A stretch of 20,000 nt of DNA from an uncultured virus (IMG/VR IMGVR_UViG_3300043425_000347) (IMGVR_UViG_3300043425_000347), one strand, 5' to 3'. Counted from the first letter of the stretch, positions 7,994 to 16,231 are shown. Translations and numbers: made by a program. Notes: generated from the sequence alone by a model not told the origin.

Positions 7994-8180
7994 CTGATTG
8001 CTCTACTTTCTCTACAAGGTCGAGGAGGTGACGCTCTGCAGTCGCTAGGCCTTGAATCACGCCGCAGAGTTTTTGGTAATCGTCAAAAGAGCGACACATC
8101 CCACCCGCCAAGTCATCGGCGTAGTTGTTCATGTCGGTGCGTAATTTCTCGCGCAATACGCGTGCGAAGTCGGAGATCAT
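7986..8180 (-). CDS. Small phage protein (64 aa)
   Basis: Overlaps the portal stop and the GroES start; helical; contains FDDYQKLCGVIQGL. Confidence 0.7.
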   Translation of the reverse strand: MISDFARVLREKLRTDMNNYADDLAGGMCRSFDDYQKLCGVIQGLATAERHLLDLVEKVEQSDE

Positions 8181-10624
8181 TGGTTACCGGGACCTTTCCT
8201 TTGGTTTTGGGCAGCAGCCTGTTGTCTGCTTCTTGCGATGTCAACGCCCATGCGGACGCCGTCACGTTCTTGGTCAGCTTCCAGCTTGTCGGCCTTATAG
8301 GCAGCGTCAATCTGCAGCGCTTTTTCCTTGAGTTCCAGCTCGTCGGCTTTGGCTGCGGCGTCAATCTGGAGTTTCTTCTCCTTGAGCGCCAACTCGCCTT
8401 GTTTGATTTGCAACTCCTGCTGTTGCATTTGTACAACAGGGTCTTGCTGTTGCTGCTGCGCTTGCTGTTGAGCCGCTTGCGCTTGGCTTTGCTGCAACAC
8501 CTGCTGGGCGGCTTGGGCCATCATGCCGGACAGGGCGATCTCAATCTGAGGTGGCAGCTTCTCGTCTTCGGGAGGCAGGGGCATCCCCAACTGCTGCTCG
8601 ATCTTCTGGCGGTAGCCGAAGCCAACGTGCTCTGCGATGTGGGCCATCATGGCCGCTTGAATCTGCGGTGCGCGGGGGTTTTGGCCCACCAACTGCATGA
8701 TGATCGGGTCCTGCATGGCCGACATGTGCACTTGGATATGCGCCTGATGGTCTTGATACTGGAACGCCTTTAAGGGTTTACCCTTAAGTGCGTTCATGTT
8801 CTCTGACACTGGGTCGGTCGGCTTTTGGTCTTCTTCCAGCGGCACGAGCTTGTCGGCGTTTTTGATGCCCAGCACCTCCAGCATCCCCCGGTGCAGCTTG
8901 GGCAAGTCATAAATGTCAGGCGCAGACTGCGCCAACTGGATCACAGCCTGATACTGCACCACACGCTGGGACAGTGTGGCTGCGTTTGGGTCGCTCACGG
9001 GCAGGATGTCCACGTGGCGGTAGTCGCTCTTCTTGGCCCGTGGGCCTTGTTCGCCGTCCGGCTCGTAGGTGTACTCGTCGTCGGTGTAGTCGCGGATGAT
9101 GACTGCCAGCAGCTGGAGTTCTTGCTTCAGTGTGAAGTGCACACGGGCCTGAACAGCCGTCATGACCTTGAGTTGGCGCTCCAGCAAAGCCAGAGTTGAG
9201 CCCACAGGCGCGTTGGCACCCATGTCGCTGATCTTCATGTCAGCGGTCGCGGCGAACCTGCGGCCCTCTTCCACCACGGTGTTGAGCAGCTGGTACAAAG
9301 TCTGTGATGGGTCTTTGTAAGGCAGCGGTAAGATGTTGTCGCGGATATTGCCCGAGCCCACATCCACGTCGCGGAACTCACCCGGAGCGATCGGCGTGTC
9401 GTCGCCCTTGATCCGCAGACCACGGGACTTCAAACCGCCGGGCAGGTTGGACAGCGTACCTGCGTCGATCAACTGACGCATGAGGGACGTTGCGGAATTG
9501 GCAAACCCACCGATCAGGTGGAACAGACCGAAGCCATACGCCCCGAAGCCGGGGATGTACTGGTAGTGCACGAAGTGCTGACGCTTCAAGTGCAGGCTGT
9601 CGTCCTCGTTCCAGTTGCGGCGGATGGCCAGCACGGTGTTTGAGCCACGGATGTACGTGACCACGTACGGCAGCGCAATCCCAACAGGCTCACCGTCATC
9701 GTCCTTCTCGCACAGCGGGTCGCCCTTGAGCACCAAGTCCACGTGGCTCTCGCACAGCGTGAAGCGCTCGTCGTTCAGGTCGGCAAAGCCGGTCTCTTTG
9801 TCCTTGGCCTTGTTGATCTCGTCGATCGCCTTGTCGGGGGAGCCGATGTCTACGTCGCGGTAAAAGCCAGCCTGCTGGAGTTTGATGATCTCGTTTTCGG
9901 TCTTGCGCATGACGTGCGTGACGCGGTAGCAAGTCTGGATGTCCGAGGTGCCGTAGGGCAGCAAAATGTCTTCGGCAGGAATAAATACAGACGTTTGACG
10001 GCCAAAGTTGGGGTCGAAGTAGACCTTTTTGAACGCCGAGCCGGTGGCTGGCAAGCTCCACAGCATGCGCTCGTGCTCTGGGCGGAACTCCTGCATGACC
10101 TCCGTCAGCTGGAAATTCATGTCCTCTTGGACGCGCATGGCGGCGTCTTTCTTCTCAGGCGTCTCTTTGCCGATGATTTTGGTCCGTACGGGACCCATGG
10201 CAGGGAAGGTTTCCGTGATGGTTTCGCTCTGGAAGCGCACCACCGCCTCTGTGATCATCGGGTGGAACACGCCGGACGCGCCATCCCAAGGCTCTGTGCG
10301 CTCCTCGATCTGCAAACCCAAGAGTTTTAAGCCCGTGACGTAGGCTTTCTCCCACTCTTTGCGGGAGTTGCGGTCGTTCTCAATGTCCGAGACCAAGTCC
10401 GTGATCATGGTCGCCATCTGGTTCTCGGGCAGGTACTCGGCCAAGTTGGCATCGAAGTCGTCGATGCTGGGCTCGCCCTTCTCTATGCTGATCTCCACAT
10501 CACCCATGTCGATGTTCACAGCCTCCGGGTCCACGATCTCAATTTCGATCGGCTCTTCCATGTCGCCTGCGGCGTCGATGCCCATGGGCTGCTGGTAGAG
10601 GGCTTTGTCAATGTTGGTCGCCAT
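8177..10624 (-). CDS. Portal protein (podoviral, with long Q-rich coiled-coil C-terminus)
   Basis: 815 aa directly after terL; EPWDGASGVFHP, GSAFKKVYFD, LIDAGTLSNLPGG; C-terminal QAQAAQQQAQQQQQDP coiled coil. Confidence 0.85.
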   Translation of the reverse strand: MATNIDKALYQQPMGIDAAGDMEEPIEIEIVDPEAVNIDMGDVEISIEKGEPSIDDFDANLAEYLPENQMATMITDLVSDIENDRNSRKEWEKAYVTGLKLLGLQIEERTEPWDGASGVFHPMITEAVVRFQSETITETFPAMGPVRTKIIGKETPEKKDAAMRVQEDMNFQLTEVMQEFRPEHERMLWSLPATGSAFKKVYFDPNFGRQTSVFIPAEDILLPYGTSDIQTCYRVTHVMRKTENEIIKLQQAGFYRDVDIGSPDKAIDEINKAKDKETGFADLNDERFTLCESHVDLVLKGDPLCEKDDDGEPVGIALPYVVTYIRGSNTVLAIRRNWNEDDSLHLKRQHFVHYQYIPGFGAYGFGLFHLIGGFANSATSLMRQLIDAGTLSNLPGGLKSRGLRIKGDDTPIAPGEFRDVDVGSGNIRDNILPLPYKDPSQTLYQLLNTVVEEGRRFAATADMKISDMGANAPVGSTLALLERQLKVMTAVQARVHFTLKQELQLLAVIIRDYTDDEYTYEPDGEQGPRAKKSDYRHVDILPVSDPNAATLSQRVVQYQAVIQLAQSAPDIYDLPKLHRGMLEVLGIKNADKLVPLEEDQKPTDPVSENMNALKGKPLKAFQYQDHQAHIQVHMSAMQDPIIMQLVGQNPRAPQIQAAMMAHIAEHVGFGYRQKIEQQLGMPLPPEDEKLPPQIEIALSGMMAQAAQQVLQQSQAQAAQQQAQQQQQDPVVQMQQQELQIKQGELALKEKKLQIDAAAKADELELKEKALQIDAAYKADKLEADQERDGVRMGVDIARSRQQAAAQNQRKGPGNQ

Positions 10625-10632
10625 GTGTGTTC

Positions 10633-12165
10633 CTAGTAGTACGCCGCCCTGCGGCGCATGAATGTGCGGTCTTCCTGCTCGTCAGAGTCAAGGGGGATAA
10701 ACCCGCCCCGGCGGAAGCGTAACAGTGCTTGAGATGTGGTGTCAACGTAGTCGTCGTTCTCTCCGTTGGGGAACGATGCAACTTCCTCAATCACCTCGCG
10801 TGCCCACCGAGTGTCTGGAGCCCAGACCACGCCAGAGGCAAAAAGGTCCGCCACCGCGTTGAGCCGGACAATTTTATCGTTGCCGCGACTGGGGCTGAAC
10901 TCCTCGACCGGGATACCCACGGCCCGAAGCTCTTGGATCAGCGGCGCACCAGCGGCTTTCTTCTCAACAATGAACGCATCTGGCGACCACTCTTTATAGT
11001 GTTTGAGCGCAATCGCTTTCAACTCCGGGAACGCCATCCGGTCTTTGAACGCGTCCAGCAGGATCACCTGCGCCTGATCGCGCTCTTCCTCGTTGTAGAA
11101 CACCCCCCACGTGGTGCACGCAGAATAGTCAGCCGTGGTCTTGGCTTCAAACGCCGTATCCCAGCTCTGGATGATGTAGTCGCAGCGGGGCGGCTCATCG
11201 CCCTCCCATACCCGCCAAGACGTGCGCGAGATGATCGCTGCGCTGTTGCTGGTGGGCTGCTGCATGTACTGGGCGTTCCAGTACTGGGGGTCAATGCTGG
11301 CTTTTGTCGCCTTGAGGGTGGCCAGTGGCCACTGCTCTGGCCAGAGCGACTTCTCGTTGTCCGTACCCTCGTTGAGAATTGCGGGGAGTTCGACTATCTC
11401 CCACGGCTCAGCGTCAGGATTCTTGGCTTGGTAGTCGATCAGGCGTCCAGTCAGGTCCAGCTTGCCCCAGCGCGTCATCACAATGATGATCGCACCGCCG
11501 GGCATCAGTCGCTGCAGCGGCCCCGTCTGGAACCAAGACCACGCAGTGTCGAACGCCAGCCTTGAGTTGGCCTTAACGTCCTGCTCCGAGTGAGGATCGT
11601 CAATAACGAACAAATCAGCACCACGACCAGCAAGAGCGCCGCCGACACCAGCAGCATAGTACTGACCGCCAGCACTTGTAGACCACTTACCGGCAGCTTT
11701 TTGATCGTCGGCCACCAGTGTTTGTGGAAAAAGACCATGGTAGTCCTCGTCAGCCAGCAAATTTCGCACCCGGCGACCGAAGTCTTCCGACAAACCCGCC
11801 GTATGGGTGCCCATGATGATCTTCTTCTGGGGGAAGTTGCCCAAGAAGAACGCCGGGAACAGGTATGAGCTGAACTCAGACTTACCCATACGTGGCGCGA
11901 TGTTGATGATCACGCGTTTTTTGGTTCCGGCGATCACTTCGGAGAAGATTTTGGCCAGCTTCCTGTGGTGCGGCCCGATTTTGAAGCCCGGATACACGCT
12001 CTTGGCGAACTCGATCATGTCGGTTCGCGCCAGATTTCTCTGCTGGTGCTCCTGCGCCTTGTCCAGCAGCTCCAACGCCTCCAGCTTCTCGGCAGCCGTG
12101 AGCTTGCCAAGGTTTTTGAACAGCGCCGAGGCTTGTTCAGGCGTCAGTGGCGGGTTGGTCGTCAT
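10633..12165 (-). CDS. terL: Terminase large subunit
   Basis: Walker A-like APRMGKS, Walker B LFVIDDP, motif III VMTRW; nuclease domain SWDTA...IVEKKAAG...DDYVD. Confidence 0.95.
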   Translation of the reverse strand: MTTNPPLTPEQASALFKNLGKLTAAEKLEALELLDKAQEHQQRNLARTDMIEFAKSVYPGFKIGPHHRKLAKIFSEVIAGTKKRVIINIAPRMGKSEFSSYLFPAFFLGNFPQKKIIMGTHTAGLSEDFGRRVRNLLADEDYHGLFPQTLVADDQKAAGKWSTSAGGQYYAAGVGGALAGRGADLFVIDDPHSEQDVKANSRLAFDTAWSWFQTGPLQRLMPGGAIIIVMTRWGKLDLTGRLIDYQAKNPDAEPWEIVELPAILNEGTDNEKSLWPEQWPLATLKATKASIDPQYWNAQYMQQPTSNSAAIISRTSWRVWEGDEPPRCDYIIQSWDTAFEAKTTADYSACTTWGVFYNEEERDQAQVILLDAFKDRMAFPELKAIALKHYKEWSPDAFIVEKKAAGAPLIQELRAVGIPVEEFSPSRGNDKIVRLNAVADLFASGVVWAPDTRWAREVIEEVASFPNGENDDYVDTTSQALLRFRRGGFIPLDSDEQEDRTFMRRRAAYY

Positions 12166-12739
12166 CTGCGGGGGTGATTTCGGTGATGTCCGTGACTTCG
12201 GCGTCTGAGACGTTCATGAACTTGGCCAGCTTTTCTTTCAGGCGCTTGTCGATTTCGTCTTCGGTCATGTCGGTCTTCTTGACCTCGATCTTCTCAGTGA
12301 ACAGGCCCACCTCTGTGACCTTGCCCAAAAGCCCAAGCGCCTTCAGGCGGATGTTGGCGTTGGGGTTTTCACAGTCTTCCAGCAGTTTGGCCACGGCGTA
12401 CCCGCGCAGCTCCTTGGCTTGGTGGACAAATTCCCAGTCGTAGGCCGTCAGCATCCCCACCAGATGGCGCACAGCCGCAGGCGTCTCGATCTTGGAGACC
12501 ATTTCATGCTGCGTGGTGATGGGGGAGGCGGTGGTCATGGCCGAGAAAGTTTCCCGCGCCTGCTGCTTTTCCAACTCGGAGACCGCCGTTTCGGCGTCTG
12601 GGACTCCCATTTCCTTGAGCCAGTCATTGGTGCTGATCTTGCCGTTGAGAAGTTCAACGGGCGGTACCTTCTCCGCAGGAGACGGCGCTTGTGACTTTGG
12701 CAAAACTTCGGGATCGAAGTCAAGGAGGTGGTCTAACAT
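12137..12739 (-). CDS. terS: Probable terminase small subunit
   Basis: 200 aa, first gene of the arm and overlapping terL; contains a RLKALGLLGK...GLFTEKIEV motif. Confidence 0.65.
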   Translation of the reverse strand: MLDHLLDFDPEVLPKSQAPSPAEKVPPVELLNGKISTNDWLKEMGVPDAETAVSELEKQQARETFSAMTTASPITTQHEMVSKIETPAAVRHLVGMLTAYDWEFVHQAKELRGYAVAKLLEDCENPNANIRLKALGLLGKVTEVGLFTEKIEVKKTDMTEDEIDKRLKEKLAKFMNVSDAEVTDITEITPADDDQPATDA

Positions 12740-12771
12740 TTGGTCCTGACGGCTAAGGCCGGAGTTGCGGG

Positions 12772-12800
12772 TTGCTGTCCCGATGGCCGAAGTATATACT
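12772..12800 (+). promoter_or_regulatory. Sigma70 promoter for the candidate sRNA
   Basis: TTGCTG (12772-12777), 17-nt spacer, TATACT (12795-12800). Confidence 0.65.
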
Positions 12801-12820
12801 CACATCCGGCACTGGCGCAA
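12791..12820 (-). promoter_or_regulatory. Candidate late-operon sigma70 promoter
   Basis: Minus strand TTGCGC (12820-12815), 18-nt spacer, TATACT (12796-12791); about 50 nt upstream of terS. Confidence 0.5.
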
Positions 12821-12892
12821 CTTGTTGTTCCTTTGCTTTCTCCTTGGGTCAAGCGACCCTCTTTAGCCCCGGCCAAAAGCCGGGGTTTTTTT
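12807..12892 (+). ncRNA. Candidate trans-acting sRNA complementary to early-gene ribosome-binding sites
   Basis: Promoter upstream, terminator at the 3' end, no credible ORF. TTTGCTTTCTCCTTGGGT (12832-12849) is the reverse complement of ACCCAAGGAGAAAGCAAA, the consensus early RBS. Confidence 0.65.
12867..12892 (+). terminator. Rho-independent terminator
   Basis: CCCCGGC-CAAAA-GCCGGGG-TTTTTTT. Confidence 0.85.
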
Positions 12893-12942
12893 ATGCTTAG
12901 TTTTTTTCAAAAATTTTTAGAAATTTTTTGGGGCGGGCCGTG

Positions 12943-12961
12943 TTGTCAAAACTTAGACAAA
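12943..12961. promoter_or_regulatory. Operator-like inverted repeat, copy 1
   Basis: TTGTCAA-AACT-TAGACAAA; same arms as 19873-19891. Confidence 0.5.
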
Positions 12962-13211
12962 ACTGTGGCTGGATTTTTAAAATAATAGTTAGGTATTACA
13001 GAAGTAGTGGGAGCGGGTGAGGAACAGTGTTGTACTACGCGGCTGTGTTCGGCTCCAATAGTGGCCTATGGGGGTATGGTGGGGTCAGGAAAGTGGCCTT
13101 TTTGCATAGGAAATCGGGCTATCGAGGGCTATCAAACGGGGGTTGCCGGAAACTAGGGTTTGTCGAATGGGGACTGGCCCCAAGAGACACTCAACCCAAC
13201 GGAGAAATACT

Positions 13212-13622
13212 ATGTCGAAACTGACCATTCAACAATTTGCCTTCAACACTGGCGCAATGAGCCGCAAAGTGCGTGATGCTGCCGACCCCTTCCATGCGGC
13301 CTACCTTGGGGCGACACCTGAGCAACGCAAAGACCTGCGCCATCGCTGGATGCTTGGCCACCTTGAGGGCCAAGGCTTCAAGGGCGTAGAGAGAATTCTC
13401 TCTGAGGGCAAAGGCGCTGGGGCCAAGCCTGAGCACGTCAAGGCTATCGACCGGGCTTCGAGCGACTTCCGCTACATGGTCGTGCGCCCCGAGACCAAAC
13501 CCGCCGAGCCAGCCAAGTCCATGCGCCTGAGCCGTGACGTGCGTGCCGCTGCCGAAGCCTACCTTGCCCAGTTCGACAACGTGGCCGATGCAATCAAGGC
13601 TTTGCGTGCCGTGGCCAAGTAA
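13212..13622 (+). CDS. First early-arm protein (136 aa), unknown; C-terminus possibly ribbon-helix-helix-like
   Basis: RBS GGAGAAA before ATG 13212; C-terminal KSMRLSRDVRAAAEAYLAQFDNVADAIKAL. Confidence 0.75.
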   Translation: MSKLTIQQFAFNTGAMSRKVRDAADPFHAAYLGATPEQRKDLRHRWMLGHLEGQGFKGVERILSEGKGAGAKPEHVKAIDRASSDFRYMVVRPETKPAEPAKSMRLSRDVRAAAEAYLAQFDNVADAIKALRAVAK

Positions 13623-13623
13623 A

Positions 13624-13638
13624 TGCGAATGATTCTCA
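13624..13638. promoter_or_regulatory. Fur-box-like 7-1-7 inverted repeat
   Basis: TGCGAAT-G-ATTCTCA, preceded by AAA. Confidence 0.4.
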
Positions 13639-13735
13639 GAGAGATTTCTCTCTCGAATTCAACGGGCGGGGCTGGCCCGTTGTTCCTCCCCATGTCAAAC
13701 CACGCCTAGCCAGCGTGCCCTTTGGAGAAACAGCC

Positions 13736-13924
13736 ATGTTCTGCTACGCAGTATTTCACAACAACACCCAAGTCAGGGTGTACCCATACGACAGCGTGGG
13801 TAACGACTGGCAACGGGCGAGAGCACTCGCCATAGCCCTTGCTGAGAAGGCCGAGACAAACGGCTACCACTACACAGTCGAGCACTTCGGCGCGACTGAT
13901 GTTGGCAAAACAATCTGGAAATAA
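13736..13924 (+). CDS. Hypothetical protein (62 aa)
   Basis: RBS GGAGAAA before ATG 13736. Confidence 0.65.
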   Translation: MFCYAVFHNNTQVRVYPYDSVGNDWQRARALAIALAEKAETNGYHYTVEHFGATDVGKTIWK

Positions 13925-13936
13925 GGAGAAACTTCC

Positions 13937-14164
13937 ATGCGTAACCACAAGCAACCCCACATCGAGACCCTGTGCCAGTGGCGTGACCAAGCAGGCGCAC
14001 TCTGGTGCGCTCAGACCTACTACCCCAACGGCAAACGTGACACAACCTACACCATCCACCTCGTGAGCATGGTCGGCACCACCATCAGCATCCCCTGCGC
14101 CTCAGTCTCCCAGCTGTGGCACGAGGTCAACATCCGCCAGCAACAAGCGTTGCCCGGCTTTTGA
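13937..14164 (+). CDS. Hypothetical protein (75 aa)
   Basis: RBS TAAGGAGAAA before ATG 13937. Confidence 0.7.
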   Translation: MRNHKQPHIETLCQWRDQAGALWCAQTYYPNGKRDTTYTIHLVSMVGTTISIPCASVSQLWHEVNIRQQQALPGF

Positions 14165-14199
14165 GAGAGAATTCTCTCTGGCACAACTTTAGTTCACGC

Positions 14200-14500
14200 T
14201 TTTTGGGACTGTCCGAACCTCCATCGGGCGGACGCCCGAAAAGACAGCGTAAGTCGTTGATTTGTAAAGGCCTTTGTCTTTTCTTGTCCCCTCTATATAT
14301 ATCTATTAAATAATATAAAGATAAGGAAACTGTTTTTATATGTGTGGAGAAAAGCGTATGTTAAAAAAATTAAGTTCAGTCGTTGAGACCCCACAAAAAA
14401 TACAGCTAGGAGGGACAAGAACGTGGCCAGCCCAGTATCCATGCGGGTTTCCAGTGTCCAACACAGCGTCCGCGTGAAGGAGGGTCGGACACTTACTGCG
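14200..14500. other. Non-coding AT-rich region flanked by inverted repeats (possible replication origin)
   Basis: AT-rich core at about 14291-14406, bracketed by TTCTTGTCCC (14281-14290) and GGGACAAGAA (14412-14421). Confidence 0.4.
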
Positions 14501-14508
14501 TACAACAC

Positions 14509-14538
14509 AGATTACTTCGATGTAATCTCCTATACAAT
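14509..14538 (+). promoter_or_regulatory. 20-bp palindrome next to a TACAAT -10-like box
   Basis: AGATTAC-TTCGAT-GTAATCT (14509-14528); TACAAT at 14533-14538. Confidence 0.45.
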
Positions 14539-14578
14539 CGACAGGCCAACAACATCAACCCTCAAAACAGGAGCAATC

Positions 14579-15484
14579 ATGAGCGATCCGTACAAGAAAT
14601 ACGCAGGCTACGCCTACCGGGAACTGCGAAGCAAGCTACTGCGTGACGGCGAACCACCCGAAACAGTTGACCTGACCATCGCCAACATCAAGCTGCAACG
14701 CAGTGCCCAGAGCATTGCCAAGCGACAGAAGAAAGAGTCCGACAGGCAGTGGGGCGAAGTGATCGAAGCCCTGCAACATGAGCGCCGGATTGTGCGAAGC
14801 ATGGTGCGCTACAAGACCAAGACCCCAGCGCCTGAGCGTGACGAGTTCGTGCAGGCCTACTTCACTGTGCTTACCAAGCTGTACGAGAAGCTGGAAAAGC
14901 TGCGGCGCGTTGACCGGGAACTGCCCGAGCACTCGCACTGGACAGACTTTGTGCCCGAGCGCACCAAAGAAACCTTCCGCATAGCCGCTGACGAAGTGCC
15001 GCCCCGTGACCGGGCCAAGTTCAAGCAACCCTTCCAACGCACAAGCCCCATCGACCTGTGCAACAGACGAAGGGCACGACTCCTGCGCTACACACGGGCC
15101 ACCTTGGAGACAACCATCGTGCGGCAGGACGAAGACCCGGGCAACCCGAAGTTACCCCGCAAGGAGATGCTGTTGCGCGAAGCCATTAAAAGAGTGAACG
15201 CTTTGCCGGACAACGCCCACATACCCAACCATTGGGCGCAACTTGTGCCTGACCTGATGCGCTCGGATGATGACGACTCGATGCAGTCCGTGGTCAAGGC
15301 CAAGCCACCAAAGAGACGCGGCACGTTGACGCCTACCCCGATCAATGCAATGCCGATTGTGCAGAAGCTGACCGCAGACCTAGCGGAACAGCGCAAACAG
15401 CGGGCGCAGTTCATGGACCGCCAGTCTTTGGGCACAACGATCAAGCAACTGCTGGCCGTAACAGAAAAGCGCAATGACTCTTAA
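14579..15484 (+). CDS. Hypothetical basic, helical protein (301 aa)
   Basis: RBS CAGGAG before ATG 14579 (MSDPYKKY...); the longer start at 14423 lacks support. Confidence 0.75.
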   Translation: MSDPYKKYAGYAYRELRSKLLRDGEPPETVDLTIANIKLQRSAQSIAKRQKKESDRQWGEVIEALQHERRIVRSMVRYKTKTPAPERDEFVQAYFTVLTKLYEKLEKLRRVDRELPEHSHWTDFVPERTKETFRIAADEVPPRDRAKFKQPFQRTSPIDLCNRRRARLLRYTRATLETTIVRQDEDPGNPKLPRKEMLLREAIKRVNALPDNAHIPNHWAQLVPDLMRSDDDDSMQSVVKAKPPKRRGTLTPTPINAMPIVQKLTADLAEQRKQRAQFMDRQSLGTTIKQLLAVTEKRNDS

Positions 15485-15574
15485 CGAGAGAGACTTTCTC
15501 TCTGACTTGGCTGTGCTATGCCGCCCACACAGCCGAGCCTACCCCAACGGGCGGCAACCCAAGGAGAAACATCC

Positions 15575-15793
15575 ATGACAACACTGACCGGATCACAAAT
15601 CGAGGCGGCTCGCCTCTTGACCCTACGCCAGATGCTGAAGCTGGAGCTCAAAGGACTGAGCAAGTCCCGTGGGCCAACGGCCTACTCAACGCTCAAGATG
15701 ATGGGATGGAAAGGCACGAGAGAGAAAGTTCTCTCTGACCTTGACGCATGGCGTGATGACTTATTGACAACCAAAGGAGAAAGCAATGCTTGA
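15575..15793 (+). CDS. Hypothetical protein (72 aa)
   Basis: RBS ACCCAAGGAGAAA before ATG 15575 (MTTLTGSQI...LKLELKGL). Confidence 0.75.
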   Translation: MTTLTGSQIEAARLLTLRQMLKLELKGLSKSRGPTAYSTLKMMGWKGTREKVLSDLDAWRDDLLTTKGESNA

Positions 15794-15995
15794 TTACACA
15801 CCACACATGACAGAGAAACAACTCTACGAGGCAGCGTACAAGATGCGCCAAGGCGGCAGCTTTGCCTGCGCCATATCCGACGCGTTCTTTGTAGCAGACA
15901 AGAACAACCGCAAGAAACTGCTCTATGCGTTCGGCGATTTGTTCGTCGAGTTCGCACACACCCCATTCACACCAACCCAAGGAGAGCCAGCATGA
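15786..15995 (+). CDS. Hypothetical protein (69 aa)
   Basis: RBS AAGGAGAAAGCA; contains GGSFA...AFFVADKNN...LLYAFGDLF. Confidence 0.75.
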   Translation: MLDYTPHMTEKQLYEAAYKMRQGGSFACAISDAFFVADKNNRKKLLYAFGDLFVEFAHTPFTPTQGEPA

Positions 15996-16231
15996 ACGAA
16001 ACACAACAACACTTCTTCGCCGCAAGCGTAATGCAATGGGTGACAACCAACGAGACGCGAGACTTACCCGCACTGCTCGACCTCATGAACAAGGACGGGT
16101 ACACCTACAACCTGTTCCGTGTGCCCGGTAAGCACGACGCCACGTACAGCATCAAGATGTACCAGCCCCAAGTGGCGGGCACTGAGTGGCTCGGCACATT
16201 CACAGTACCAAAGAAGAAAGGACGCAAATGA
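15992..16231 (+). CDS. Hypothetical protein (79 aa)
   Basis: RBS ACCCAAGGAGA; ATGA overlap with the upstream stop. Confidence 0.75.
   Translation: MNETQQHFFAASVMQWVTTNETRDLPALLDLMNKDGYTYNLFRVPGKHDATYSIKMYQPQVAGTEWLGTFTVPKKKGRK

Noticed and set aside
7097..8773. 558-aa plus-strand ORF, and other long antisense ORFs over the capsid, portal and terL genes
   Set aside because: These are shadows of well-supported minus-strand genes in GC-rich DNA, with no RBS or recognisable motifs.
12800..12849. The anti-SD core read as a minus-strand RBS for a small gene
   Set aside because: No ATG at usable spacing; the nearest TTG gives only 6 codons, while the plus strand has a matching promoter and terminator.
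12740..13224. Track ORFs 12740-12985 and 13027-13224
   Set aside because: No RBS; they run through the promoter, terminator and homopolymer tracts.
13660..15554. Shared 10-mer CAACGGGCGG at 13660 and 15545
   Set aside because: Only two copies in different structural contexts; could be chance.
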